A stretch of DNA of 63,305 nucleotides, the filler included, from Diploschistes diacapsis (lineage: Eukaryota), in assembly GCA_023645945.1 (NCBI GenBank). It is 13 parts of 13 records of this genome, joined end to end, with 100 filler letters (N's around TTAATTAATTAA, not from the genome) between each part and the next. Parts side by side here need not be neighbours in the genome. Positions count along the whole stretch, not along the records: positions 12,573 to 15,609 come from JALAIB010002019.1; positions 15,710 to 41,426 come from JALAIB010000202.1; 11 more parts are not named here. One strand, written 5' to 3'. The notes under the pieces are model-generated. The model worked only from the letters and a program-made list of their open reading frames with translations. It had not been told where the DNA came from and searched no databases. This document shows positions 12,573 to 23,887 of the stretch, piece after piece (position 1 is the stretch's first letter; every line of letters starts with the position of its first letter). The position numbers were made by a program, and so were the translations under genes.

Positions 12573-14310
12573 GCAATATAGGACATATTACTAGAATACT
12601 TTTGGGCCAAAGTTGCAAGGGTTTGTCTTACTGCTTTGGTACTTATTAGGGACATTGCTTATGGGGGCATAAGCTTATTATGTCCGGGGATATTATAATA
12701 GCTATAGCAGCTATGGCTACAGGCTGTTGCTGCTACTAGGAGGTGTCGCTTGCGTGTCGCTTAGACTTGCATCTGCCGGTGTCGCTTGTGACGCCATGGC
12801 CCACGATGCCATTAGGCATCCACTACCTGTTGCTATAAGAGCTCGTTACACCCACCTAGCTTTTAGAATCTATCTTCTTCACCACTTACAAATTTGACGC
12901 TATAAGGACAAAATAATCGAGTATTTCTTTTTATAATTTTTCGAATCCGTTCCGGCTCTTTTCTTAACCTTTTTTCCTTCGATTCGTTCCGTTTTTTGAC
13001 CGGCGTCAGCCCGTATTACAGTCGTCGAGTTAAATCGTCTAGATCTTATAAGTTCCGTATATTCTTTTTTTTTATAATTGTTTCGATGTCGAGGCCCGGC
13101 TCGAATTAAACGTATTTATTTTAAATATTATTTAATAATGTTAATTAAAGAGATTTTTTTAATAAAATAAGCTTATCGGGATTTTGTATAGAATTAACGG
13201 AACGTAATAAACGATTAAAAACCGAGACGAAACCGAAAGAGAACGCGAGAAAACCGTTAATATAAATCTCTATTATCGTTTTAGAGATAATAGAAATGGT
13301 ATTAAACGGAGTAACCACGGGTTTTATACGAGTTATAAACGGAGAACGAGCGGACGCGGTAGACGAGATTAAGTTAATATAAAGGAATTCCGAGCTAGAA
13401 AGAGCGTAAGAAGGCGTAGAAGAATTAACGGTAAATTTACGAAATATAAGAACCGGCGTCGATACGGACGAGTCGCGATGGCTACGAATGGCTCTAGATA
13501 GGTCTAAATTGTTTAATTAATGAATTATTCGTTTTAAATTAATAATTTAGTTTATAAAGATATCGTTCGCGACCCGCGTTTTATATAAGCGTAAATATTA
13601 ATAATCGAGAGTATTTCGGGGCTTTAATTATTATATTAGCGTTATAATCGTTTAAATATTTAGTATATTTACGTATCGGTAGGTCTATTAATTCCGTAAA
13701 TGTTCTTTCGAGTTAAATAACGATTTAAATCCGTTCTTTATACGTCGAATCGAGCTAGAAGATTTGTAAAAATAAACACGTTCTGATCGTAAACGAGTTA
13801 AGCGTTAAACATAAGCCGGCGCAGTTTTAGGATAAAGAAACTAGATATTTATTAGATATCATTACTAGGCAAAATCTTTAGTTTATTGAGTAGAAAAGAT
13901 TTACGAATTCGTAGGCCCGTTTTGTTTTCGGAACCGAGTAGGTAGTATAAGTAGATCTTTTAAGAAAAAGGCTAGAACAAGGGGGCTAAATAAGTACTAC
14001 TTTAGCAGTTATTAGGTTCCGGGTATAGGCCAAATAGCAAACTATAAAGAAAATTTTCGACTAAAATTAGATCGTTTTTTATTAATACCGATCGTTAGCC
14101 TTCCGGAGTTCCATCGCGGGATATACGTATATCAAACGGGACAAAGATACTTTCAAAAAAATTTTTATAATGATTTTATTTAAAAGATTATTAATTTATT
14201 TAAACCATATTTAAAGATAAAGAAACAAGAAAGATATAAGAATTACACGAGTTATAAAAAATTATTAAAGAATAAAAGGATTTATTATATTAATATATTT
14301 ATTCTATAAA
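12573..14310. mobile_element. RIP-degraded retroelement remnants (LTR-like end CGTTACA at 12844-12850; low-complexity gag-like relic)
   Basis: Very AT-rich, TpA-rich and CpA-poor, no intact ORF; family not identifiable by eye. Confidence 0.45.
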
Positions 14311-14916
14311 TGTAACACCCAAAGGTGCGCCCTGGGGTTCAGGTCCCTCTGCTGCCACAGCCACGCACCTACATATAGTGTAATAGGGAAACAATGCATC
14401 GGGGTTCTTGAAAGCATTATGTTCAGTCTTTTGATTTAGTAGGATAGCGTTATTTATTAAACACTACCCCCGTTGTTATAATTATACTTTCCTTCTTTAG
14501 GTCGTTAATTCAAGCATACGATTAATTACCTATATAATCGAATTTATTGCGCTACGGTTGAGCATGCTATCCTACGGGGTTAACGTTATATGAAAACATG
14601 CGGTTAATCTTAAGTGCGGTTAGGTAACCCCGTTTTTAAGTTTATAACGTAAGTGTTAGAAATGGTTTAGGGTATCTAACATATCCGGGACGTTATATAA
14701 GACGTGATAACTGCTAGAAGCCAGCATTATAGGGAAGGAAGATAGCTGTAATACCTAAAGATATGCCCTAAGGTTCAGGTCCCCTTACTACCACAACCAC
14801 GCACCTACATATAGTGTAATAGGGAAACAATACATCGGGGTTCTTAAAAGCATTATATTCAGTCTTTTAACTCAGGAAGATAGCGCTACCTATCAGGCAC
14901 TACCCCCGCTGTTACA
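14311..14916 (+). mobile_element. Complete TRIM (miniature non-autonomous LTR element): 170-bp LTRs at 14311-14480 and 14747-14916, 266-bp internal region
   Basis: Direct repeats TGTAA...GTTACA (left copy RIPed to GTTATA), polypurine tract AGGGAAGGAAGA before the right LTR, 5-bp target duplication ATAAA at 14306-14310 and 14917-14921. Confidence 0.9.
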
Positions 14917-15410
14917 ATAAAACCGCTATATATTATAATTTATAAATATATATAATTTATATCCGCGTCCCGCGTATTAAGGAACCGACACTGGCCCGTA
15001 TATTAACTAATCCGGACCGTGCCGGCAAGTTTTTCGTTTAACGGCGGATTTATACCCGTTACCCCTCCGCGGAATTAGCGGGAATACATTGGGATTTCTA
15101 CGAGAATTTTTAAATAGGCGTGAACAACGGTTCTAGAGGTTCAGAATTAGAAAAAAAAGAAATAATTATAATAAATACCTGTAATAGTCCTTCGGGCAAG
15201 CGGAGGATCTCAGCTTTAACACCGCGCCAAGGTCGGGCCTATATAAAAGAGTTTTTAGGAGGAAGTCTCCTACTTTCTTTTCTAGAGATTAGTTCATGAA
15301 TACTATAACCATTATTATCATACTACTGCATTTTATCCTTTACACATTCGTAAAAAAACAAAAATAACGGCTAATTTCGATGAATTATTAATGATTTAGA
15401 ATATTTCTTG

Positions 15411-15459
15411 GCAAAAGTGGCCGGAATCTGGGGGTGGCCGGAATCCCCGTCAAACACGT
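15411..15459. mobile_element. Right TIR of pogo/Fot1-type DNA transposon
   Basis: GTGGCCGGAATC occurs twice, then CCCGTCAAACACGT-TA; the reverse complement resembles the TIR at 6449. Confidence 0.6.
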
Positions 15460-15709
15460 TATATAACGGTTGAAGATTAACAATTACGAACTTTTAAAAA
15501 AATATATACTCAGAATCGTGACAGCACGTAACGTTATATAAATTATTAGACGTATGTTACCGTTAATAATAAATCTTTTAAAACATAGCAAAGAACTTAC
15601 TTTCCATATNNNNNNNNNNNNNNNNNNNNNNNNNNNNNNNNNNNNNNNNNNNNTTAATTAATTAANNNNNNNNNNNNNNNNNNNNNNNNNNNNNNNNNNN
15701 NNNNNNNNN

Positions 15710-18700
15710 GGGGTGGAGCACCCACACCAGGCAAAGGAGGAGCGGGTGGTGGAGGTGCAGGCGGAGGCGGGGGTGGAGGGAGTAGAGCGGAGGTATCTTT
15801 GTCGGGTAGAGGAGGAGCTGGTGGCGGTGGCGGTAGCGGTGGAGGCGGCGCGCCATCCAGGGGTGTCTTGGGCTGTTCCGACTCTAGACTAGGATGTGAA
15901 GGACCAGTTGTGACCCCATCATCTTCAACCTCGTCTGCGCTACCGTCCGCAGCGAAGTCGCGGAGCAGGTTTGTGGCCTGTTTAGCATCGACCTTGCGCT
16001 TCTTCAGCTCCACAATACGAGGCTTTTCGTAGATAATCGTCGCATCTCCGTCGTCATCATCCCCATCAGCCGTAGATGCGTTTCGGGATTGGAACATGGC
16101 GTCAAGGCTAGCTGTTACATCTTTGTGGCCAGGGAAGGCTCCAAGAGGCATGCGTCGAGAGTCGTTAACAGGCTTGCGCCTGATGGCCTCGGCTGCAGGC
16201 TGAGAGGCCTCGTCTTCGTAGCCGAAGAAATTGCCGTCCATCTTCTCACGCAGCTCTCGTAATCTCTCTGAAGGCCCATCTTGATCCCAGACTTTTCCTT
16301 CAAGCTTGTATTGTGTTTTAGCCCTTTCAAGCTGGATTTCGAGGCGCTCCATAAGCTTCTCGCGGTCGAGGATTCCTTGCAGCTGCTTCGGATCGCTGGT
16401 AGCGGAGGAGTCCTTGCTCTTCTTATTACCGCTGGATGCGGCAGCGTTTTGCGCATCTCGAAGCATAAGGTAGAGCTCCCTAGTTTCCAGTTCCTTGGCC
16501 TGTATTTCTCTCGCACGTATCCTCTGCAGCTCCGACACCTCTCCTTTCAAGTTGTCGGTCTGTCGGCCTTGCATCTCAATGACATTTGCTTGTTCCTCGA
16601 TGGTTTTCTGTAACTTCGCAACTAGGCCGTTCGCGCCCAGCTCAACCTGGGCCCTCATCTCGTCTCTCTCTGCGAGAGCCGCATCAGCGATACGTTTGGT
16701 CTGCGTCGCATCTTCAAAGACCTGCCGGGCTTCCGAGTCCGTGTACAGACGATCCACGACACCCTGCATGGTGAAATTGAGGGCCTGCTTAAGCTCCATA
16801 TCCGGTAGACGACGATCCATTGCAACGTAGCTGAGCATGGAATTGACGAGCTGGAACATGCGCTGCATGTCTTCACCGTCGTTCTCACGAAGGAGCAACA
16901 TGTTTTGCATTGCTGAAAGGAAGTAGTCTTGGGTACGGCTTCCTTGAATTCTCGTCTGGATGGCTTCTGCTATCTGGACCGGATCTTGCATATCTTGGAT
17001 TTCTGGCATACTGTCGCGACTTGCGCTGCCACCTTGCGCGAGCAGATCCTCGTAATCAATGGCTTCATTCTCCCGATATCGCTCAATCTGTTTGTCTATA
17101 ATATCGTACTGGAACTTTTCCATTTTGACAAGGATACGCTTGATGCCGCAGGCGGTGAATTGAGCCCGTGTGTGACATCGCAGCTGTAGATCGTGCCCCG
17201 GTGCATCGATGAGCATGTTGATGAGGAACAAAGTCGCAACAGCGTATTCCATGAGAAGATTCTCCATACCAATGCCGCCGCTTCGAACTTCTTCGCTGGC
17301 GCCCACAAGACTCCCCATCTTACCACGGCCGTCGGTAGTGACTTCGACAATCCGCATCCAGGCATCGAAGCGGCCACTCTCGCCCTGATGATGTTTTACA
17401 TGGTCCATCGCTTGCAGAACCTTCATATGGCCCTGCCCATCAGCCCAGTGCGACAGGAAAGTTAAAACTTCGCTGGTCAACTTCCGAGTCGTCAATCGTG
17501 GAGATACGAGCGAAGTCGCAAGAGCAACAATAATGGATTGGTGGCGAAGAGCATCGTCTGCTCCATAACGATTGTTCATCAGAGCTTTCAGGCATTTGAC
17601 GATATCGTACTCGCGATCTAGGTCCTTGTCGCTCGTCATACCCGATGGAGCAGGACCTTGAGCCTGACGGCGGTTGATCTTGGTGAGTACATTAGTCAAA
17701 GCTACTTGACCTTGAGCTTCAACGAAGCATTTCACCCAACTAGAGGCCGTTAGTCGTGTTCCAGTCTTAACCTCCTCAAAGGGACCATGAGTTCACTATC
17801 ACTTGAAAAAGGCCATTGCAAATGGGCCACTGTAGTCCAAGCAAAAGAAAAGCAGGTAGCGAACTTACTTAATGGGCTGCGTACGCAGACTAACACTCAG
17901 ACTCTGCAGCTGCTTTGCTGTGATTGTGTCATCCAATATCCTCTTAACATACCACTCCGGGGTGCCCTCCTCATCTGCCTTTGATAGAATACCAGGGACT
18001 CCATCGTTCCCTAGCAAGGTTGTCCGAGCATTCTGCCGTCTCTTTTGTTCATCTTGCCAATCGGTGAGCTTATCCTGATGTATCAAGGTCCACTTCTTGC
18101 TCGCCGGGTACGCCAGCATCTGTCGCCTCGACTGGTCAGGAATATGCTGCCATCCACGCTTGTGCATCAGCGCAATGAATTGCTCCTCGACGACAGCATC
18201 ATCAGCGGGACGCGAAAGGTTAAAGCCATCCGGAGTGAATGTAGCTGCTGTATTGTACTGAGGGGTGTGGTGCCAGTTAGAAGCGGTAGATTGTCGGACT
18301 GAGGAGTGAGATGAGCTTGGCCGCAGAGAGTTGTTGTCAGGATGCATATGAGGCGGAAGAGCTGGCCGAGAGGTATTTTCCGAGGAAAATATACTTGACC
18401 GCCCAGTATTGGACGAAACGGTGGAATAAATGCTGACCTGATCGAAAGAATTTCGCGCGTTGGAAGAGTCTGCAGTAGAGTAAGAGTGCGTTTGTGGCGC
18501 ATTTCCATTGATTGTAGCCTTCGGCTGCCGTTCTCTAAGCAGCGAAGTCTGTGACGAGCCTGGCTGCTGTCGAGGACCAGCCGGGCCTCCTGGCATCTTT
18601 GTGGGCTCCCAGGTAGGGTATTGGTGAAAGTCAATGCCGCTCTTGTTCAAATGATGTGGCTGCAGATCGTTTCTTGCATGATGCTGGTTCTGAGCCTGAT

Positions 18701-19019
18701 CGTGACGTGGTAGGTATTCAACCGGGACCGGTGTCTTGTTGCTGGCTGATACACTATCATAGGGTATTGAGGTTATGACACCTGCCGTCATGGACAGCCC
18801 ATTACCATCGAGACCCTGCTCCTGATCGAAAGGTTCGGAATGTTTTCTCGAATGTCGCGACGACTGGGACCCGCCCACACTGGGGGGTCCGTTTGCTGCG
18901 TGGAGGTGTGAACTCTCCTCTTCATACACCTTTGACTCTGCACTCTTATCTTTCCTTCTCGAGAAGAAACCTTTCCCTCCAGAAGACTGTCGTGATTTGT
19001 GATCGCCAGAACTAAACAT
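15710..19019 (-). CDS. sepA: Formin (GBD/FH3, coiled coil, start of FH1), truncated at contig end; intron 17868-17740
   Basis: Spliced LSVSLRTQPI(N)WVKCFVEAQGQVALTNVL, DLDREYDIVKCLKALMNNRYGADDAL, VSPRLTTRKL and DGRGKMGSLVGASEEVRSGG match SepA/Bni1 formins; poly-Pro FH1 at the break. Confidence 0.95.
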
Positions 19020-20030
19020 TGTGTCTTCAGCAAGTTAAAGCAACCCGTTTGGGGCCCGCTGAAACGTCGACTCTCCCACCACCAGTCGCTTGAGTAACGG
19101 TGTCAACGGATCATGTATCAACTCTTTATCTGGAACAGTGCGGTTGCTCCGAAGCTTCATATGATCCCAATGGAGTGGGAAGCAGCGCGAGAAGACCAAA
19201 TAGACAAGGATTAGAGAGCCGAAGCTATCGAGAGTGAAGGATAATCGGGGCAGTTCTCGTCCAGCAGGAACAGCAGGAATGAGTCGTAAGAACAGCAGGA
19301 ATGAGTCGTAAGAACAGCGAAGACGAACAAATGTGGAATTCAAAGTAAACTGGCATATGCTGCCTGCTATCGAGTGAGTCGCTGCCAGTGCTCAGACACG
19401 AGCAAGTTGTTACGCGGAAGGGAATTATCTCGACGTTCGCTCACTTCTTCCCTCGCTCTGCGGAACTGGGGGTTTCGGTGTCGCAGTGACAGGGCCGTAC
19501 GGAAAGGGTAAGGCGGGCTGCGGCAATGAATTTCTTCCCCCTTTTCTCTGTTTGACTTTCGCGCACTACAGACTAGACTTGGCCAACCAGAGGTCCAGAT
19601 CATGATTCATAACCTCCTACCGAAAGCTTCTAGGTCTTTAAGAGAATTGGGTTGTCTTCAGGAAGCTTCTGCCCTTCCTCTATCGATAAAGCAGCGCACC
19701 ACAGGCGGGCATCAGTTCACTTTACGAAGTAACACCCCCATGCATGCGCCACCTTGCGAAGGCCGAAAATCTGACCCAACTCTGCCCAATGAAACGCCAT
19801 CTTTAACCATCGTTATGTCGTGAATGTGAATCGTGACACATGTTCGTCGCAGCAGCCTCATTCATGCTTCATCAAGCACGCTAGGCACTCCAACAAAGCT
19901 CGAACCGTGTTCTTACCAAGGTTCTTGAGTAAGCCTCTATCATTGAAGTTTGACCTCGTATGTTAGATGCCTAGAAGCTCAACAGACAACACCTTTGCAG
20001 TGCACGTTCCTTCTTTGCACCAGCTTTACC

Positions 20031-20546
20031 ATGGTCGCTGCACTCGTCGAGGTAAACATGCGCTTTTAACCTCCACGATGATCGTTGCTAAGCACCAGCC
20101 AGACACTGGTTGTCCCTGCCCTAGTCGCACTTATAATCTACCTAGTCTTCATATACGCCATCGTTCCTCTCTACCGCCGCCGTCAGCGCTATGCACATTA
20201 TCTTCCAATGTCTCTATACTCGGAAAATGAAGATACCTTGGTAAATCGAACCCAAACGCGAATACGCGATCTCATCACACCAATAACCAACAGCCAATGG
20301 TGGCCGAGACGGAGACCGCGGGCTATGAGCTTCGACACCTACTTCGGCGATGAAGAGCTGGAGGAAGGGCTCGGCCTTCGTGATCCGAGCTTGCCAAGTC
20401 CTCGAGTGCCTGGACTGGGAGAGAGGCGTCTCAGTAGAGATCTGGAGGCCGGATTCAGGGACGATAGTGATGATGATGATGATGAAGAAGAAGAAGAAGA
20501 AGAAGGGTCAACCCAACAAGGACAAAGCAATATGCGGACGACCTAG
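20031..20546 (+). CDS. Small single-pass membrane protein with acidic tail; intron 20052-20102
   Basis: ATG 20031, GTAAAC...GCTAAG...CAG intron gives MVAALVE|TLVVPALVALIIYLVFIYAIVPLYRRRQRYAHYLP...RLSRDLEAGFRDDSDDD. Confidence 0.75.
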
Positions 20547-20743
20547 AAAAGCTGTTATCTACGAATATAAGCCAGGCTCACGACTCATGCGATACTCCTG
20601 TAGATGATTTCTTAGGCACGTTCTCGATATGTACAACGCATTCATACTGCGCTTTGAGCTATATGCAAGCAATAGAGCAAAAAACTATGGACACCCAGAA
20701 TATTGGCAGAGAAGAGAATCACACGTCAGACCTCCGATCGTTC

Positions 20744-22148
20744 TCATCCCTTGGTGGAACTAGCGATTGCATTGATATGACCAGTCACCAGCGCAGTCCA
20801 CTCAGCACTTCCATAATAGATGGTGTTGCCATCGTTCGCCGTTTGACCGGTAGAAATGGTATCTCCCATTTGCCAGAAAGAGTCGCCAGCAATTCCCGAA
20901 GCAGCTAGCGCGACTTGCTGCCATGGCTGCTCGACAGTGATGTGATTCGAAGAGTATCCATATTCTTCGAGGTAGCAAGGCTTGTTGGCAGCAGCGCAAA
21001 GAGCGCCGTGATTCTGGATCCAGGTCGTACACCAGTCTGTGTCATCCTCTCCCCAGGATGCTGGGTACATATGCATTGTCGCAAAGTCAAGCGTGGAAAT
21101 GCCGAGATTTTGCTGCCAGTCGACACCTTCCTGCGTCGTGTACGGGTACGAGGTATCGCCGCTGAGTCCCATGCCTTCGTCTCCCATTGTCACCATGTGC
21201 TTTGAATCCAGGCCCTTGACGTACTCGGACGTGGTCTTTGCCCAGTTATAAATCACGCTAGGATCACAGCCGTTGCACCTGGGCTCGTTGGCCAATTCCC
21301 AAGCAAATATGGCCGGACTGCTTGTGTACCGAGAAACAACAGCCTTGATATAGGCCTGGTACTGGGCCTGGGCGACCGTGCTGGTGTAAAAGTCCTGATC
21401 CTTGGCGAGATTGAAGTATGCGGCGTACGCGGGTATCCCTCCATAATCGCTCCAGTTGTTGACGAAGTTGATGATTAACTTGATGCCATGGGCCTCCGCA
21501 GACTGCACGACATAGTCGAGACGCTCAAGTCCGTCAGCACCGGTGTTGATCCATGGGCTCTGGCCAGGAACGAGGGATTGGAAATACACGGTTCCGGCTC
21601 CCGGGATGGTGTTGACATCGTTGAATCCCCAGACTCGCAAGATCTTCAGGCCGGATGATTGGATGTGGGACATGACCAGATCTACGTCGGCATTGTTCGT
21701 GAGGAATCCCATCCAGTAGGCGTTGGTGCCCGTGAAATAGCTTGTGACGCCATCGATGTTGAAGGCGTCTTGAACCGGGCAGGCGAAGGCGTTGGTATCT
21801 ACACCGGCGGGCTGACTAGGCGTTGGTGTCGGTGTAGCTGCCTTCGTAACGAGTGTTGTCGGGGCTGCTGCTGTCGTGGCTTTTGGTTAGTTTCCTAACT
21901 TGCTTCATCTTATGAATAAATGCATACCGGTTCCGGGAATGCACTGAGAGTAATATTGGTTCTGGACAGAGCATGTGCATCCTAACACGCAGGTCGTTGG
22001 TCCTGTCCAGCCTTGTCCTCCACCTGCAACCATTATTAGTTCCTCGATACAACGACACAGTCCCTTACCGCATACATTGACCCCATTGTGACTGCTGTGC
22101 AAGCGCTACAGTGGCAACGGCGAGGAGAGAAGCTACTTGAAGCTTCAT
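20744..22148 (-). CDS. Secreted endo-1,4-beta-mannanase, GH5 (subfamily 7-like) with N-terminal CBM1; introns 22075-22024 and 21927-21880
   Basis: Signal peptide [20 protein letters not shown]1 [16 protein letters not shown]...QNQYYSQC, Thr/Pro linker, [20 protein letters not shown], catalytic WELANEPRC and LEEYG. Confidence 0.95.
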
Positions 22149-23085
22149 GTTGGGGAAGCAGCTGGCCTGCGTAGGGAAGCCTCGGTGTACGCGTTGGATT
22201 GTGCTGCCGAAGCAGGAGGCGGGCGTCCGAAGTTAAATACATAGAGCACCACACTGTAGCAGAAATGAGCCTATATTCAGATTGAAATGGATCAGGAGTC
22301 TGCTGAACGTTTAAGATAAAGCATGCAGCCACGGGGCCTTCCTTTTGGGCCAGTCTGCGCCGGTTCAACGTCGTGAACAAAAGGGGAACAGAAGCCGATC
22401 AGGCACACGATCGGGAGCGAACCATTGGTGGAGCAGATAGGGGTTCTTCTTCTTCCCCGAGACAGGAACAGGCAGAGAGTAGGATAGGCTTCAGACGGCT
22501 ATATGGTGCAGCCCACCAGAACCTACGGCCGGTATTTAGGTTCATATGTATGCGGGTAAATCTCACCTCGGCCCTATGGGTGATCTGAGCATCGGGAAAT
22601 CAAAGTATCGCAAGAATAGCCTGCCTTAACTACCTTCCTTAGTACGTCCCATGAGGGTAAAAAGGACGTGCCTCAACTAATTTACTACGTCCGTAAAAAC
22701 AGCCGATGAGTTAGGAAGCCCATCAGGGTAAAAGGGACGTGTAGTCTACCGTAAATCCCGGAGTACTCTCGAATAAAGACGGACTTTGAAGCACCGTACC
22801 ACACAACAGTAGTCAATATAGATGCACACTCTTGATGCTGATGTGATTCGGGGCAAAGGGACGATCCATTCTATCTGAACGTTGTAAAATCTTGAAAAGG
22901 GGAAAAAGAAGGTTGTGATGATGCAAAGCTTAACAATTACGGGCGACGTCGTAATTACTAAGGTTTCCATGTAACTCGAGAGGGAGGGCATAATGCGCGT
23001 ACGTGCTTAGCCCCTTACAGTAGGACCAACGGTATCTTCGCAGTAACCACATTCCCCCAATCCTCCCCCACCAGGAAAAGCAACC

Positions 23086-23811
23086 ATGTCCTCCCCCGCC
23101 TCGCTCCCCCCTTACAAAGCCCTCTCCTTCGACATCTACGGCACGCTCATAGACTGGGAAACCGGCATCCTGTCCTCCCTCGACCCGCTAACCTCCCGCC
23201 TTCCCGCCTCGCACCCCTGCAAGGACTCCCCCTCAGGCACCATCGCCGCCTTCGCCAAGCACGAACATGCCCTGATGCGCGCCCACCCGACAATGCTGTA
23301 CGACGAGCTGCTGCAGCGCGCCTACCTCGCGCTGGCCGCCGAGTGGTGCCTCGACGCCAGCGAGCACGAAGCAGCGGGCACGGCGCGGAGCATACCGAGC
23401 TGGGCGGCGTTCCCGGACACCGTGGCCGCCGTGCGGGCGCTGGGCAGGAAGCACAAGCTGGTCGCGCTGTCGAACATCACGCGGGCGTCGTTCGCGAAGA
23501 CGGTGGCGGGCCCGCTGCAGGGATTCGCGTTCGATGCCGTGTACACGGCCGAGGATATCGGGTCGTACAAGCCCGATCGGCGGAATTTCGAGTATTTGCT
23601 CGAGCACGTGCGGCGGGATTTGGGGGTCCAGAAGGGGGAGCTGTTGCATGTGGCGCATGGGGTCGAGTCGGATCAGGTCCCCGCGGAGGAGCTGGGGATT
23701 GCGCATGTGTGGGTGAGGAGAGGAAAGGATAATTGGGGGGATGTGAAGAAGATGGAGGGGTTGCGTGAGTTTGAGACGCTGCAGGAGGTGGCGAAGGCAG
23801 CTGGAGCATGA
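23086..23811 (+). CDS. HAD-superfamily hydrolase (haloacid dehalogenase type II-like)
   Basis: Motifs FDIYGTLIDWETG, LVALSN, YTAEDIGSYKPD, LLHVAHG..SD..PA; intronless 241 aa. Confidence 0.93.
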   Translation: MSSPASLPPYKALSFDIYGTLIDWETGILSSLDPLTSRLPASHPCKDSPSGTIAAFAKHEHALMRAHPTMLYDELLQRAYLALAAEWCLDASEHEAAGTARSIPSWAAFPDTVAAVRALGRKHKLVALSNITRASFAKTVAGPLQGFAFDAVYTAEDIGSYKPDRRNFEYLLEHVRRDLGVQKGELLHVAHGVESDQVPAEELGIAHVWVRRGKDNWGDVKKMEGLREFETLQEVAKAAGA

Positions 23812-23887
23812 GGCTTAGTCGAGGAAGCAAGAAACAGTGGTGAAATCGCTTGAAAAAGCTTTCAATTTTTTATTGTATTCGAGTTAT

